Origin: a virus | DNA length: 64,000 bases | Strand: one strand, 5' to 3' | IMG/VR virus record: IMGVR_UViG_3300025816_000006 | Span: 98,691 to 162,690 of that record | Shown here: in pieces, positions 1 to 10,298 of the stretch | Layout of the letters: each line of letters starts with the position of its first letter | Numbering within the stretch: position 1 is the stretch's first letter | Translations under genes and position numbers: made by a program | The notes under the pieces: model-generated | The model's database searches: none | Told to the model about the DNA's origin: nothing | Seen by the model: only the letters and a program-made list of their open reading frames with translations

Positions 1-218
1 GCATCCACTAAAAAATCTGTGCCTATCGTCTTCTTTAGTCTTTCAAAGTTATCCGGCAGCGCCTCATAAAACAAAAGATTGCTTATGTCGAACTGTTTGT
101 ACAGTGGGTATTCTTGACCTACGTGTGCGCCAATGTGAATACAACCTTTTATCTGTAGGTTTATGCCTTGATTTCTAATGTGTGCCATTAAATTTGGCAA
201 TTGTCCTAATATTTCCAC
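1..218 (-). CDS. FkbM-family methyltransferase (partial, runs off window)
   Basis: Manual translation from GTG at 218 after GGAG: ...IKGCIHIGAHVGQEYPLYKQFDISNLLFYEALPDNF, an FkbM-type SAM motif. Confidence 0.7.
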   Translation of the reverse strand, partial: MEILGQLPNLMAHIRNQGINLQIKGCIHIGAHVGQEYPLYKQFDISNLLFYEALPDNFERLKKTIGTDFLVD

Positions 219-227
219 AGCTTTCTC

Positions 228-929
228 CTAGTCGTTTGTTATTTTTTGTTTGGGAAATCCTAGCTCTTTTCTCTTTTCAAAAACCATTTGATCTCTTCCA
301 GAGTAATGTAAAGTTTTTACGGTAGCGTTATCATGCTGTGAATCTTTCTTGAGGCTATAATGGTCATGTTTAATTATTACTTTGTTTATATACTTCTCTT
401 TGTCTAAACGTTTTACTTCTTGTGTAAATTCGTCATCACAGTATAGGCTCTTATAATCTGGGTGATAGATGTAGCCAAAATAATCATACAGCTTCTTGCC
501 TAGGATAGAGAATGTAATAAGTTCGCCATTTGTGTTACCGTCGTTGAAGTGAACGCAACCATCTAGATCAGGAAAGTGTTGATTCATGGCGTTGGCGATT
601 TCTACGTCCCAATACCAAACCTTTGGAATCATGTCGTCTGACGCGCAAATAACAACGTCAAAATCTTTACCTTCTATGTGATCGTTGATTGCACTAATCT
701 TGTCTGTGTTTTTATCAAACCAAACAGTGCCGTCTACATTATTTTTAACTTTGAGTAACCTGTGAATTTCATTGACCACTTGCTGATCCGTCATTGTTAA
801 ATCATCCACATCGCAGTTAATATTAAAAAATATCTCATTCTTTTCGCTACAAGTCTCAATGTATTGCTTGAGTACATCTAAAAACTTTTTTGGTCTACTG
901 TAGGTGGGAAACTGTGTTAGTAATTTCAT
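228..929 (-). CDS. GT-A (GT2-like) glycosyltransferase
   Basis: FPTYSRP start, ASDDM DxD-type motif, SLYCDDE. Confidence 0.7.
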   Translation of the reverse strand: MKLLTQFPTYSRPKKFLDVLKQYIETCSEKNEIFFNINCDVDDLTMTDQQVVNEIHRLLKVKNNVDGTVWFDKNTDKISAINDHIEGKDFDVVICASDDMIPKVWYWDVEIANAMNQHFPDLDGCVHFNDGNTNGELITFSILGKKLYDYFGYIYHPDYKSLYCDDEFTQEVKRLDKEKYINKVIIKHDHYSLKKDSQHDNATVKTLHYSGRDQMVFEKRKELGFPKQKITND

Positions 930-1801
930 ATCTGTTTTGCTATCTCCAGTAGAGTTTTTGAAACTTCTTCTTCTCCTAGCTCTGCCGCCAGTTGCGCCGC
1001 CCTATTGAAACAACTGTGATGTTTTTTTATCTGCTGTTTTATATTATCTATGTTTGGTGTGTCTTTTTCTTCGTAAAACAGAGTTGCTAGAACCTGATTA
1101 AAAAGTTCTTTTTGTTCTTCTGGAACTCTCACTGTTAGTTTTTCTGCTTTTACAAAACCGTCAAAAAATACTTGTGAACATGTAAAGTTTACATCGCCTG
1201 TTAATACTACTTCTTGGTATTTTTCATAAAGAGAATTCATATTCAGCACGTTTGCTTGTAAGTCAAAATTGGGATCTGGATTGTCTGCTAAGACAATCTT
1301 ATGATATGTGTCATACATCTTGCAAGCTTCTGAAAATTTGTCGCACACCCTGTTTGAAATAATTGCTGCTTTTATATTATAGTCAGGAGTAGGGGTTTTG
1401 TTAGAAAAAATATCGTAACAAGGCAAAATATTTACAATTTTTCTAGAGCCATAATTTACATTATTAAGAAATTTGTAATCTTGAGACATGAAGAAGGGAC
1501 ATTCTATCCCTTGGCTTGTCACTAATTGATTTAGATTATCAAAAATATTTTGATCTATACCTGTTATGTCTATAACAATTTTAATTTTGTTACCACTAAG
1601 ATATGAAATTAAATCTTGTTGTATCGTTTGAAAACTAGTGATCAGGACATCCGGGCGCTCCGAGTCTAGCTTGTCATATACACTAATTGGCTCATTAAGA
1701 TTCCATAGCTTACAGTCAACACCAATTTTAGAAAAGCACTCGTTCAGGTACATGGGCTGATTTGAGCATGAGTTTGAATAATTTTGAATTAATAGTTTCA
1801 T
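926..1801 (-). CDS. hypothetical protein, possibly degenerate GT-B fold
   Basis: Long ORF coupled within glycosylation operon; RPDVLI and C-terminal HSCFNRA resemble GT-B features. Confidence 0.4.
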   Translation of the reverse strand: MKLLIQNYSNSCSNQPMYLNECFSKIGVDCKLWNLNEPISVYDKLDSERPDVLITSFQTIQQDLISYLSGNKIKIVIDITGIDQNIFDNLNQLVTSQGIECPFFMSQDYKFLNNVNYGSRKIVNILPCYDIFSNKTPTPDYNIKAAIISNRVCDKFSEACKMYDTYHKIVLADNPDPNFDLQANVLNMNSLYEKYQEVVLTGDVNFTCSQVFFDGFVKAEKLTVRVPEEQKELFNQVLATLFYEEKDTPNIDNIKQQIKKHHSCFNRAAQLAAELGEEEVSKTLLEIAKQI

Positions 1802-2541
1802 TGTTTAATTCTCTTTAAGGTTTTTATATTGTTTAGTTTTGTTATCTTGTTTTTACCGACATCTGTAACGGAAACCGTGTTGTTTTTAAGAAGTTCATTT
1901 ATTGCTTCAAACATAAACTTATTTTTAAAATCAGGATTTGATACTATTGAATAAAATTGATCCACGACCCCTTGGCCGTTTAAGTATAAATTTTCTGTCC
2001 AGAAATCAGCTTTTTCTCCTAAACAAAACGATTGTAGTTTTTTCTTATTTACTATAGCCGAAACAAAAAACTCTGATTTAAAATTTTCTTGCTGTACATT
2101 TATTGATGTTTTTTTATAGTCAATAGAAGATAAGTAAGAAGGCGTTAATAAGATATTGCCAGAGCATATCAATATCTTAGTATTCATAGTATTGTTTAGA
2201 CATAATCTTGCGCTTTCGCAGCAGTTTGAATTGTAATGTAATTGATTTTCTACAATCCTTATGTTTTCTTTTTTAAAATTATTTTTAACGTATTCTGTTG
2301 TTTTTTTAGCATCAAAGCCAGAGCATAATATTATTTCATATCTAGGAAATACTGCTTTTATTGCTTCTATTTGTTTTTGTAAAAGTGTTTTTGCGTCTAC
2401 TTTTAGCAATGGTATCGGCCCATAAGATTTCATCCTATGTCCGTGATTCTCGCCAAGTAAAACCACTGTCACATAGTCTTTTACTATGTCCTCTTTACGA
2501 TGCGGCTCTTTTGCTGATATTATGTACTTTTCTGTTCTCAT
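1798..2541 (-). CDS. sugar/choline-phosphate nucleotidyltransferase-like protein
   Basis: VVLLGENHGHRMKSYGPIPLLKV is a variant of the LAAGxGxRM...PKPLL NTP-transferase motif. Confidence 0.6.
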   Translation of the reverse strand: MRTEKYIISAKEPHRKEDIVKDYVTVVLLGENHGHRMKSYGPIPLLKVDAKTLLQKQIEAIKAVFPRYEIILCSGFDAKKTTEYVKNNFKKENIRIVENQLHYNSNCCESARLCLNNTMNTKILICSGNILLTPSYLSSIDYKKTSINVQQENFKSEFFVSAIVNKKKLQSFCLGEKADFWTENLYLNGQGVVDQFYSIVSNPDFKNKFMFEAINELLKNNTVSVTDVGKNKITKLNNIKTLKRIKQ

Positions 2542-3107
2542 TTTATATTTTTAAATAAATTATCTTGTTTAGATTTTTCTATCAATTTGTCTGAAGTTTT
2601 ATCGTAGTCATTAAATAATAAATAGTTTCTTGAGACTAGTTTATAAGGGAGTGCCACTAAATCATTATAGACCAAGACCGTATCTTTTTTTGTAATATTC
2701 TCATTTATTTTTACAAAAAAATCTGATGGTATTTGTTGATCCACATTCATCTTGACTAGATAGTTTGCATGTTGACATAAAGAAAAAGCATTGTGTTCTA
2801 CCTCTGTCTTTGTCTCTAATCCATGATTCATTAGTAGTCTAGTGTGCTTAAATTTTTCTAGTAACGTGTTAATATAATTTATGTAAACATTTGGGTTTTT
2901 ATTGATGTGCGAAGACACTATTATTTTTAATTTCCCTGATGGATAATCTATTTTTAGTAAAGAGTCAATCGCTTCTTCTATGTTGGAAGCTTCTTTAGAA
3001 TCAAATAGCACCAACCCAAACAGTAGCTGTTGACTAAGACGCTCTTCTTTCTGCTGTGACTTCATAAAAAGCTCCGTTGATTGTAGAAGACTTGACAAAT
3101 AACCCAA
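2538..3107 (-). CDS. hypothetical protein (GT2-like fragment; start uncertain)
   Basis: IDSLLKIDYPSGKLKIIV resembles the GT2 N-terminal motif. Confidence 0.4.
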   Translation of the reverse strand: MGYLSSLLQSTELFMKSQQKEERLSQQLLFGLVLFDSKEASNIEEAIDSLLKIDYPSGKLKIIVSSHINKNPNVYINYINTLLEKFKHTRLLMNHGLETKTEVEHNAFSLCQHANYLVKMNVDQQIPSDFFVKINENITKKDTVLVYNDLVALPYKLVSRNYLLFNDYDKTSDKLIEKSKQDNLFKNIK

Positions 3108-3456
3108 AAGACCTAAGCTTGTTTTTTACTGAATCAATTGTTGACAAAGAAAGGCTTTTTCCAATAATTGCAGACGCGCTATCTTCATCTGTCATTCCGT
3201 TTATAACGTTTTTAAAGAAACATCTTAGCTCTACGCCAGAGACAACGACAGATCCTCCTGATCGTAACTTAGAGCATATCAAATTTAAAAAATCTGTTGG
3301 ACTAGGTGTGTTATCTAAAGCGCCCTTAGCTATTATTAACTCACAAGAATTATTAGCAACATTATCTAGATTTAGATTTTGATTTTGCTGGTTTAGGAAA
3401 ACAGTATCAAAGCCTTCAATTTTTTGTGACTCATCTTCTATAATTTGTAATTTCAT
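3034..3456 (-). CDS. methyltransferase-like hypothetical protein
   Basis: NNSCELII and KLRSGGSVVV resemble class I MTase C-terminal motifs. Confidence 0.35.
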   Translation of the reverse strand: MKLQIIEDESQKIEGFDTVFLNQQNQNLNLDNVANNSCELIIAKGALDNTPSPTDFLNLICSKLRSGGSVVVSGVELRCFFKNVINGMTDEDSASAIIGKSLSLSTIDSVKNKLRSFGLFVKSSTINGAFYEVTAERRAS

Positions 3457-4439
3457 TTTTTCATCCCGTATGCGAGGTCAAATACTTCGTTCCAATTGTT
3501 TATAAATTTATCTTCTGAAAACTTTTCTAAGATTGTTTCTCTTGCTGCCTGTCCCATTTTAGCTGCTAGCGAAGGATCTTCAAGTAGCTCCTTGGCGTAC
3601 CCCTTCAAGTCTTGCTCGTTGTTTGAGATATATCCATTAACGCCATTCTTTATTATTTCTGGTATCATACATGTAGCAGTAGACACAACCGCACAACCGC
3701 ATGACATGGCCTCTAAGAGCGATGTAGGCACAGGGCTTACTGTAGACGTATTTAAGAAAACGGACGCTTCCTGATACTCTGATGCTAGCTCATGGATGTC
3801 TTTTGCTGGCTTGGAAAGCCCCGGAGTGTTACCCACCAGTTTAACTGGTAGTCCTTCTGTAATTCTTTTCCAGCCAGAATAATTACAACAATAATCTCTA
3901 TTTACAAAATCGTTTACAACACTTAAAACTTTTCCATTCTTTTCTGTGTCATGTATTTTAAAAAGCTCTGTGTCTACTGAGTGATGGATAACTCTATTGT
4001 CGCAGTTCATGTTCCATTTGCCAGCAGAGTATTCTGATATAAATACATTAATATTACCAGCCATAGATCTAAAATTATTCAACTGACTTTCCGGCCAGTT
4101 GTCTATAGGTAGGGTATGCTCAAGAGAAACAATGGGTAAACCAAGTCTTTGATTAATACTGTGCGCTGCTTGAAATTGACCAAATTTACTATGAGATAAA
4201 ATAAAATCAAAATCTATACTTGTCATAATAGAATTTTTAGGCATAACGTAATAGTTTTCTGGAAGTTCTGAATAGTTGTTATCCCACTCTTTACATCCGT
4301 CATACCTAAAAGAAAAGAAATTATGACCAGTCTTTGCTTGTTGGTACTGGTATCTTTCATGTGTATCAAAAGTTAAAATATTGTATTTATCTTTCTTTTG
4401 TGTGGCTTTGCTTATAATAGAAGCTGTCTGACTACTCAT
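3453..4439 (-). CDS. GT4 glycosyltransferase
   Basis: SPVPTSLLEAMSCGCAVVST, NGVNGYI, MGQAARETI. Confidence 0.85.
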   Translation of the reverse strand: MSSQTASIISKATQKKDKYNILTFDTHERYQYQQAKTGHNFFSFRYDGCKEWDNNYSELPENYYVMPKNSIMTSIDFDFILSHSKFGQFQAAHSINQRLGLPIVSLEHTLPIDNWPESQLNNFRSMAGNINVFISEYSAGKWNMNCDNRVIHHSVDTELFKIHDTEKNGKVLSVVNDFVNRDYCCNYSGWKRITEGLPVKLVGNTPGLSKPAKDIHELASEYQEASVFLNTSTVSPVPTSLLEAMSCGCAVVSTATCMIPEIIKNGVNGYISNNEQDLKGYAKELLEDPSLAAKMGQAARETILEKFSEDKFINNWNEVFDLAYGMKK

Positions 4440-5568
4440 TAATAATATCCTTCATCAATTTTCCAATGTTTTCGTAAGAGAACATCTCTGCTCTTTTTAG
4501 TCCTGCTGCTTGATTTCTGTTTTTATACATAATAGGATTTTTATTCCAAGAATCAAAATACTGTCTCATTTGCTTTCTAGTACCCATTTCGCATGGTTGA
4601 AACCAGTATTCTCTACCCGTAAAGATGTCTGGAAAAGCAGCATCTGAACATTTACAAACAGAAAAAGCGCCATCCACTAAATGTCCAGTTTTCCAGTCTG
4701 ATTTATCTATAAACTCTTTTGGTCCACCAAAATTACTACAGATGGGAGTGTTGCCAAAAGCCATAGCGTCAAAAGAAGGAATAGACCAAGCCTCGCCGTG
4801 GGTAGGACATAAGAAACAATCCATGTTTTGATGAATAGAACATATGTCTTCGTCGGATGTTTTATCAGAGATGATGACGAGCTTTTTGTATTCATTAACA
4901 TCTTGATGCATTCTAAGGGAGGATTTTACCTTTGTTGAAATTTTATCAACATGCTCTGATATTTGCTCTGGAGAATATCCGAATTTGTTTATTTTTAATA
5001 TTAAAGAAGCTTTTTCTGATCTATCGAACTCACTAAAGAAACAAGTAAGTATAGACTCTATATTTTTTCTGTCGTTAACGTCGCCAATATAGTAAAACTT
5101 AAAACAGTTTTCTGTATCTGGAATAGAAAGTTCTGTATATCTTTTTTTGTATTTAGCGGTATCGCAAGTATGTGGTACAATCTTTACGTTTTCTATTCCA
5201 TCTCCTTTTATCGCTTTTTCGGAGTCTTTATTTGCAACCCAGACTTGATCTACCTGTTTTAAAAATTCAGTCCAAGGTAAATGAGTAATATCTAGAGTTT
5301 CCGTTTCAACAAAGGCAATATTTTTATCAAAACCATCTGAACCCACAATATGATGCGGTAAGACGTGTTGAATACAAATATTACAACCTTCTGTGCTTTT
5401 TGATTCTAGCGCTAAAATTCTTTTGTCAACGTCTTTCCTATCCTGAGTTAGTGTGACATTTCTGCAAACAACATCTACGCCAATCTTATCTAAAGCCAAA
5501 ATGTTGTCTATTGCAGCTTGTGACCAGCCACCAAACTCTTTATAGTGTCCTATGTATAAAACTTTCAT
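4432..5568 (-). CDS. GT4 glycosyltransferase
   Basis: RKNI and PTHGEAWSIPSFDAMAFGNTPICSNFGG; start set at MKVLYIG. Confidence 0.85.
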   Translation of the reverse strand: MKVLYIGHYKEFGGWSQAAIDNILALDKIGVDVVCRNVTLTQDRKDVDKRILALESKSTEGCNICIQHVLPHHIVGSDGFDKNIAFVETETLDITHLPWTEFLKQVDQVWVANKDSEKAIKGDGIENVKIVPHTCDTAKYKKRYTELSIPDTENCFKFYYIGDVNDRKNIESILTCFFSEFDRSEKASLILKINKFGYSPEQISEHVDKISTKVKSSLRMHQDVNEYKKLVIISDKTSDEDICSIHQNMDCFLCPTHGEAWSIPSFDAMAFGNTPICSNFGGPKEFIDKSDWKTGHLVDGAFSVCKCSDAAFPDIFTGREYWFQPCEMGTRKQMRQYFDSWNKNPIMYKNRNQAAGLKRAEMFSYENIGKLMKDIINE

Positions 5569-6203
5569 ATATTCATTGTCTCCAAGCAATTAGCATATTC
5601 TTTTTGAATATCTTTATTTTTTTCAAATGTTTCTTCGTCTACAAACCAATCTTCTACAGGGCCGTATCCTTCCAAAGACACATTTCCCCAAAGTAATTTA
5701 TATCCATGTTTAGATAGTGTCTTTCTGTAGTGTGCATGTTCTTTTATAATATTCTTCCTGTGTTCCTCTGTTCTATTTTGTCCACAATTAGGATCTGATT
5801 GAAATAAATTATGCTCCAGAGTCAACACTTTAAATTTGTATTTATCAAAATCAAAATCGTTAAACACTTTCATTTGCGCATCATCTACGTCTATAGAAAG
5901 ATAATCAATTTCTGTAGGACAATTTGACTTGTCTAGCACTTCGTTTATGTTTTTTTCTAGTAAATCTACACATATACAATCTGCTAATCTTAACGGACTG
6001 ACTCTTGACCACCAACTACTATCGTAATCAATAGCTATACCTTTCCAGTTTTTAAATGTCTCAAAATAATAAGTATTACTATAGAAACCCGCAGCGTGAG
6101 TGGGTAGGCCGCCTGTACCTGCGCCTATATCAACAAAAAATCCTTCTGTTTTATTAAGAATTTTGTCAACAAATATATCTTGACATGCTTGAGCATTATA
6201 CAT
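5565..6203 (-). CDS. FkbM-like methyltransferase
   Basis: GFFVDIGAG, SNTYYFE, WKGIAID, IDYLSIDVD, TLEHN. Confidence 0.8.
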   Translation of the reverse strand: MYNAQACQDIFVDKILNKTEGFFVDIGAGTGGLPTHAAGFYSNTYYFETFKNWKGIAIDYDSSWWSRVSPLRLADCICVDLLEKNINEVLDKSNCPTEIDYLSIDVDDAQMKVFNDFDFDKYKFKVLTLEHNLFQSDPNCGQNRTEEHRKNIIKEHAHYRKTLSKHGYKLLWGNVSLEGYGPVEDWFVDEETFEKNKDIQKEYANCLETMNI

Positions 6204-7887
6204 TCGTCACCTGTTGTTGAGAAATCTGCTGAATTCTTTGAACTCTAGCTTGTTCCCAGTGATTTCTTAGATCGCACTGCATTTTCATTTGATCATAAGC
6301 AGAATCAAAGTTAAAAGGCTGTCTATGGTTTTGACCATCAAAAGCAGCAGAAGATTCATTGAAGTACATACCTCCAGTTGATTGTGTGGTCTGTTGATAA
6401 ATCAAGTCTCTGGTCATTCTTGATTCAAAATATGTATTCAGTTTACTTTGATCTCCTAAGACATTTGCTATAAGCCATTGACATAAACTAGAATGATTTT
6501 CATTGCCTTGAAGTTTAATTTTTTCTGCGGGTTGATGCAGCCTTGGTTGAGAAGCCCAACCATGCTCGAAAGACACTGGCTCTGTCTCGTCAAAATATTT
6601 TTCCCAAACAGAACCGCTCAGGTGCCACTGATAATATTCTTCAAACTTCTCTCTTGTTCGTTCGCCTTTAATAAGTCGCCATTCGTCGGATTCGTCAAAG
6701 AAATCCAAGAAAAAGTCTGCTGCCGCTTCATTATCTGGAACTGCGCGTAAGCACCCAGTTTCTAGCTCTTTATACAAAGCCGCTGGCTTGATGGGGTATC
6801 CGCCTAACTTCCGTAAAACACTTTCCATAGCAGAATAATCAGTTCCGCAGACGGGAACCCCACAAGCCGCAGCTTCTACTTGAGGTAGTCCAAATCCCTC
6901 ACAGTTTGCGTATTGAGCATACAAATCAAAACAGTTTACTACATTTGATAAATCTTCATAACTCAAACCATTTTTTACATTAGATAGTGTACAACCCCAT
7001 TTTCCGGTGTAAGGAGATTGCGCTATCGCCCCTCTGAACGTAGAGACAAAAGGTTTTTTTGTTTCTGGACAGATGTATGTAAACAGTACATTAGAAGCTA
7101 ATTCATGCTGATGTAGAAGTTCTGGTATATCCCAACCCAAGTCTGGATAAGATGTATGACAGTATAAGTAGTATTTTTTATTTTCTGACTTATCTAAGAA
7201 TAACTTGAATGCCTCGAATAAGTCTGGATACAGTTTACGTCTTTGGTTGCGCATAACTGTTCCGATTACTTTATAGTCTGGGTCAATTCCCATAGAGAGC
7301 TTGTGGGCGTTCTTATCTGGAACGGGTGCGTAGGCAGGGTGCGCAGAAGGAGGGGCGCTTCCAAGGTAATTAATCTTACCTCCAGATTGATCTTCTAAAA
7401 CGCCGCCAGCCCAATCTGAATATGTCAGACACGCATCTGCGTTTGCATAAGTGGCAATCCATTGCCTAGCTTGCGGCCTTGCGTCTACTGTTGGCATAAC
7501 AGCCCATTTAAAAAACGGTCTAAATGGAGATCTTTCCGCAAAATCAAGCATCCAAAAGTCACGAATATCGCATACGAAGTCTGGTAAGAAATCTAAGCAA
7601 ACATGCTCAAATGCCCATCCACCAAACTGATTGACAGGATTTGAGTTGTAAGAATTTATTTCTTCTTCGGATGCTTTTGGTTCACACTCTGTATTTGGCG
7701 CTACGCCGTAATATGTCCACGGAATGTTAGCCGCTCTTGGGTCGTTTTTTTGTCCATAGGATGCCATCTCAGCAATTTCATACTTACCTGTACCATGAAG
7801 GTAGTTCAAAATTTCTCTGGTGTAAGTTGCATACCCAGTGTTTAGAAAGGTAGCTTCGCTGCAAAACAGAATTCTTTTCTTTCTCAT
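6196..7887 (-). CDS. GT4 glycosyltransferase
   Basis: RNQRRK and EGFGLPQVEAAACGVPV. Confidence 0.85.
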   Translation of the reverse strand: MRKKRILFCSEATFLNTGYATYTREILNYLHGTGKYEIAEMASYGQKNDPRAANIPWTYYGVAPNTECEPKASEEEINSYNSNPVNQFGGWAFEHVCLDFLPDFVCDIRDFWMLDFAERSPFRPFFKWAVMPTVDARPQARQWIATYANADACLTYSDWAGGVLEDQSGGKINYLGSAPPSAHPAYAPVPDKNAHKLSMGIDPDYKVIGTVMRNQRRKLYPDLFEAFKLFLDKSENKKYYLYCHTSYPDLGWDIPELLHQHELASNVLFTYICPETKKPFVSTFRGAIAQSPYTGKWGCTLSNVKNGLSYEDLSNVVNCFDLYAQYANCEGFGLPQVEAAACGVPVCGTDYSAMESVLRKLGGYPIKPAALYKELETGCLRAVPDNEAAADFFLDFFDESDEWRLIKGERTREKFEEYYQWHLSGSVWEKYFDETEPVSFEHGWASQPRLHQPAEKIKLQGNENHSSLCQWLIANVLGDQSKLNTYFESRMTRDLIYQQTTQSTGGMYFNESSAAFDGQNHRQPFNFDSAYDQMKMQCDLRNHWEQARVQRIQQISQQQVTNV

Positions 7888-7888
7888 T

Positions 7889-8212
7889 TTATTCCTTATC
7901 TAAACAACCAAAGTCAAATTCATTAATTCTAAATATAATATCGTCACTAGCTTCTGTTTTCATAAAGCTGTTTCTAGCAGAGGCATAGACGGTCATCTTA
8001 GTGCCTTTCCTGCCAAGTTTAAAGATGGTCTCTGCGCCGCTAGCCCAAGCCTGCAAGGTTATTGTAGTGGGAACTTTCTTCTTTTCTCCACGTTTATTTT
8101 TACGATACTCGTAAGTTACCATTTTTACAGTGCAACAGGATGGTTCATCTGCATCGCTGTCTATCTGTGGGTCATGTAAAAGATACCCGGTAAAAGTGCA
8201 ATTATTCATCAA
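7889..8212 (-). CDS. ssb: single-stranded DNA-binding protein-like (OB fold, no acidic tail)
   Basis: NNCTFTGYL...AWASGAETI...KGTKM pattern of SSB. Confidence 0.6.
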   Translation of the reverse strand: MMNNCTFTGYLLHDPQIDSDADEPSCCTVKMVTYEYRKNKRGEKKKVPTTITLQAWASGAETIFKLGRKGTKMTVYASARNSFMKTEASDDIIFRINEFDFGCLDKE

Positions 8213-8240
8213 TTTCTCCTTTCAAGCTGTCTTATGTAAT

Positions 8241-8269
8241 ATTATAGCATAGAATTTTAAAAAAGTCAA
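8241..8269 (-). promoter_or_regulatory. sigma70-type promoter TTGACT-N17-TATAAT
   Basis: Read on minus strand upstream of ssb/GT operon. Confidence 0.7.
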
Positions 8270-9829
8270 TTATATTTCATGTATTTTATTAATAATAAAT
8301 GAGCCATCTTTTTCTACCTCTCCACAGAATAATAAGTTAAGACCTTCGTCTAGTATGTATTTAGTTTTCTCTGTGGTCTCTGGAAAGACTACCACGTTGT
8401 CAATAGAGCAGCTTTCATCTTCTAGTGTTAGAAAACACATATCCTTGCCTTTACTCTTGCCTTTTTTGCATTTATACTTCTGCAACCTGCTTACATTTGC
8501 TACTATACAAATATCTTTGCCGTGTTTGCCATTTAAAATCTCTTTACACGTAGTGTTAGAGTGAGAAGTGTCAGATGCTTCTACCTTAGATAGTGATATG
8601 GGGCATCCCAAAAACTTCTTTTCTTGTTCAACGATCCACTCTGGGTCGTCGGAAAGATCGTAAGGAGGATTTTCTATGAAAAACATCTCATTTTCTATGA
8701 CTTGCTTTCTATCAACCTTGCTTGTCCCACCGCCTTCTTTCTTTGTGGGCGATAGTGCTTTGAAAGCATCGTAAAGATTATTCCACTTTCGCACAGGGTA
8801 ATTTAATGTCAGCCACTTCAATTCTGCCTTTGTTAGATTTTTAAATATTAGATATTCGTAAAGAGCTTTATTTCTAGTGACGCCAATAGATTCCGTAGAG
8901 AAGAACCCTACAGAACACAGAGCTTTAAAGGCTGTTGCATTTATTTTAGGCGATAAATATACAAGTACATCCAACCAAGTAAAGTGCTTAGGCTTTTTAC
9001 TTGTAGTTGCGCAGGCTTCAGATATTGCGTTTATAACCTTGTCGCCATTTACACCAGTTAATGATTTTATATCTTTAAGACCAAAGTAAACATTGCTCTT
9101 ATAAACGCCAAAAGTTCTATTAAACAAACTGATCTTAGGAATTTTTACTTCAATGTCAAACAGCTTTGCCTCAGAAACAAGCTCGTATATTTCTTGGTGC
9201 GGATCTTGCTTTTCATTCGCATAGGTTAGGTATGACAGAAAGAATTGCTTTGTATGATTAGCTTTATACCAAGCGCTCTTATAAGAATTTTCTGCGTAGC
9301 AAATTGCATGAGACTTATTAAACGAATACCTAGAAGACTTCTCAATCCACCCAAAAATTTCTTCTGCGGTTTCTACGTCTACAATTGCTTGCGTCACACA
9401 CCCCTCTAGAAAGTCTTTTTTAACTTTAGCCATGAGGTCTGCTTTCTTCTTTCCAATCGCCTTGCGAAGCACGTCTGCTTCTTGTAGGTTGAAACCTGCA
9501 AGCTCTTGAGCAATGCGCATGGACTGTTCTTGATAAATCAACACACCCTTGGTGGACTGCAATACGTCTGTTAGCGACTCATGCAAATACTTAATTACAT
9601 CTAAGCCGCTTTTTCTATCAACGTAGTGCTGAGTCATAGACTTGCCATCTGTTATCGCTTTTAGCGATCCCGGTCTAATCAAAGCGATCAATGCTCCAAG
9701 TTCTTCAAGGTTGGTAGGTTGTAGTCTTTTGGACCAAGCGCGTCCAAGATTGCTTTCTAGTTGAAAGACACCTTTAGTTCTACCTTCTTTAAAAAGATCC
9801 CAAGTCTTTTCATCGTTATAATCAATCAT
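8270..9829 (-). CDS. dnaE: DNA polymerase III alpha, C-terminal part (fingers/HhH/OB)
   Basis: GVFQLES, ALIRPG, GVLIYQEQSM, ADVLRKAIGKK, YSFNKSHA, MCFLTLEDE. Confidence 0.93.
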   Translation of the reverse strand: MIDYNDEKTWDLFKEGRTKGVFQLESNLGRAWSKRLQPTNLEELGALIALIRPGSLKAITDGKSMTQHYVDRKSGLDVIKYLHESLTDVLQSTKGVLIYQEQSMRIAQELAGFNLQEADVLRKAIGKKKADLMAKVKKDFLEGCVTQAIVDVETAEEIFGWIEKSSRYSFNKSHAICYAENSYKSAWYKANHTKQFFLSYLTYANEKQDPHQEIYELVSEAKLFDIEVKIPKISLFNRTFGVYKSNVYFGLKDIKSLTGVNGDKVINAISEACATTSKKPKHFTWLDVLVYLSPKINATAFKALCSVGFFSTESIGVTRNKALYEYLIFKNLTKAELKWLTLNYPVRKWNNLYDAFKALSPTKKEGGGTSKVDRKQVIENEMFFIENPPYDLSDDPEWIVEQEKKFLGCPISLSKVEASDTSHSNTTCKEILNGKHGKDICIVANVSRLQKYKCKKGKSKGKDMCFLTLEDESCSIDNVVVFPETTEKTKYILDEGLNLLFCGEVEKDGSFIINKIHEI

Positions 9830-10298
9830 TAGTTTTATTACTTTTTCTTTTCTGTTGAGCTTTTTTAGAGTTAAAACCGTTTGTTACCCACTGTAAGTTT
9901 TCTACTCTGTAATCTGACTTATCATCGTTTATGTGATCTACTTCTAGTTTTTTAGAAGTGTCATCATTTTCTACAAATGCTAATGCTACTAATCTATGCA
10001 TAGCTATTACAACTCCACCCATACCTATGCAGGGGTACTGATTTCTAGTAGTGCTTATGGATAACTTTTTACCCTTTGTTCCTATTACATACGGAAAATC
10101 ACCAGTATTCTTATGAAGGAAATATTTACCAGAATTCATAGAGTTTAACTTAGAAATCATGATGTTGGATTTTCTATGCATCTCTTTGTCGCCAATAAAG
10201 TTAGCTTTTATCTTACTGACATCAATTACATCTTTATCAGAAACTTCATGGTTTGCAGTTTCTGGTAATTCAAACAAAGTTAGCTGTCTTAAATTCAT
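9822..10298 (-). CDS. free-standing HNH homing endonuclease
   Basis: HRLVALAFV...EVDHINDDKSDYRVENLQWVT. Confidence 0.85.
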   Translation of the reverse strand: MNLRQLTLFELPETANHEVSDKDVIDVSKIKANFIGDKEMHRKSNIMISKLNSMNSGKYFLHKNTGDFPYVIGTKGKKLSISTTRNQYPCIGMGGVVIAMHRLVALAFVENDDTSKKLEVDHINDDKSDYRVENLQWVTNGFNSKKAQQKRKSNKTND

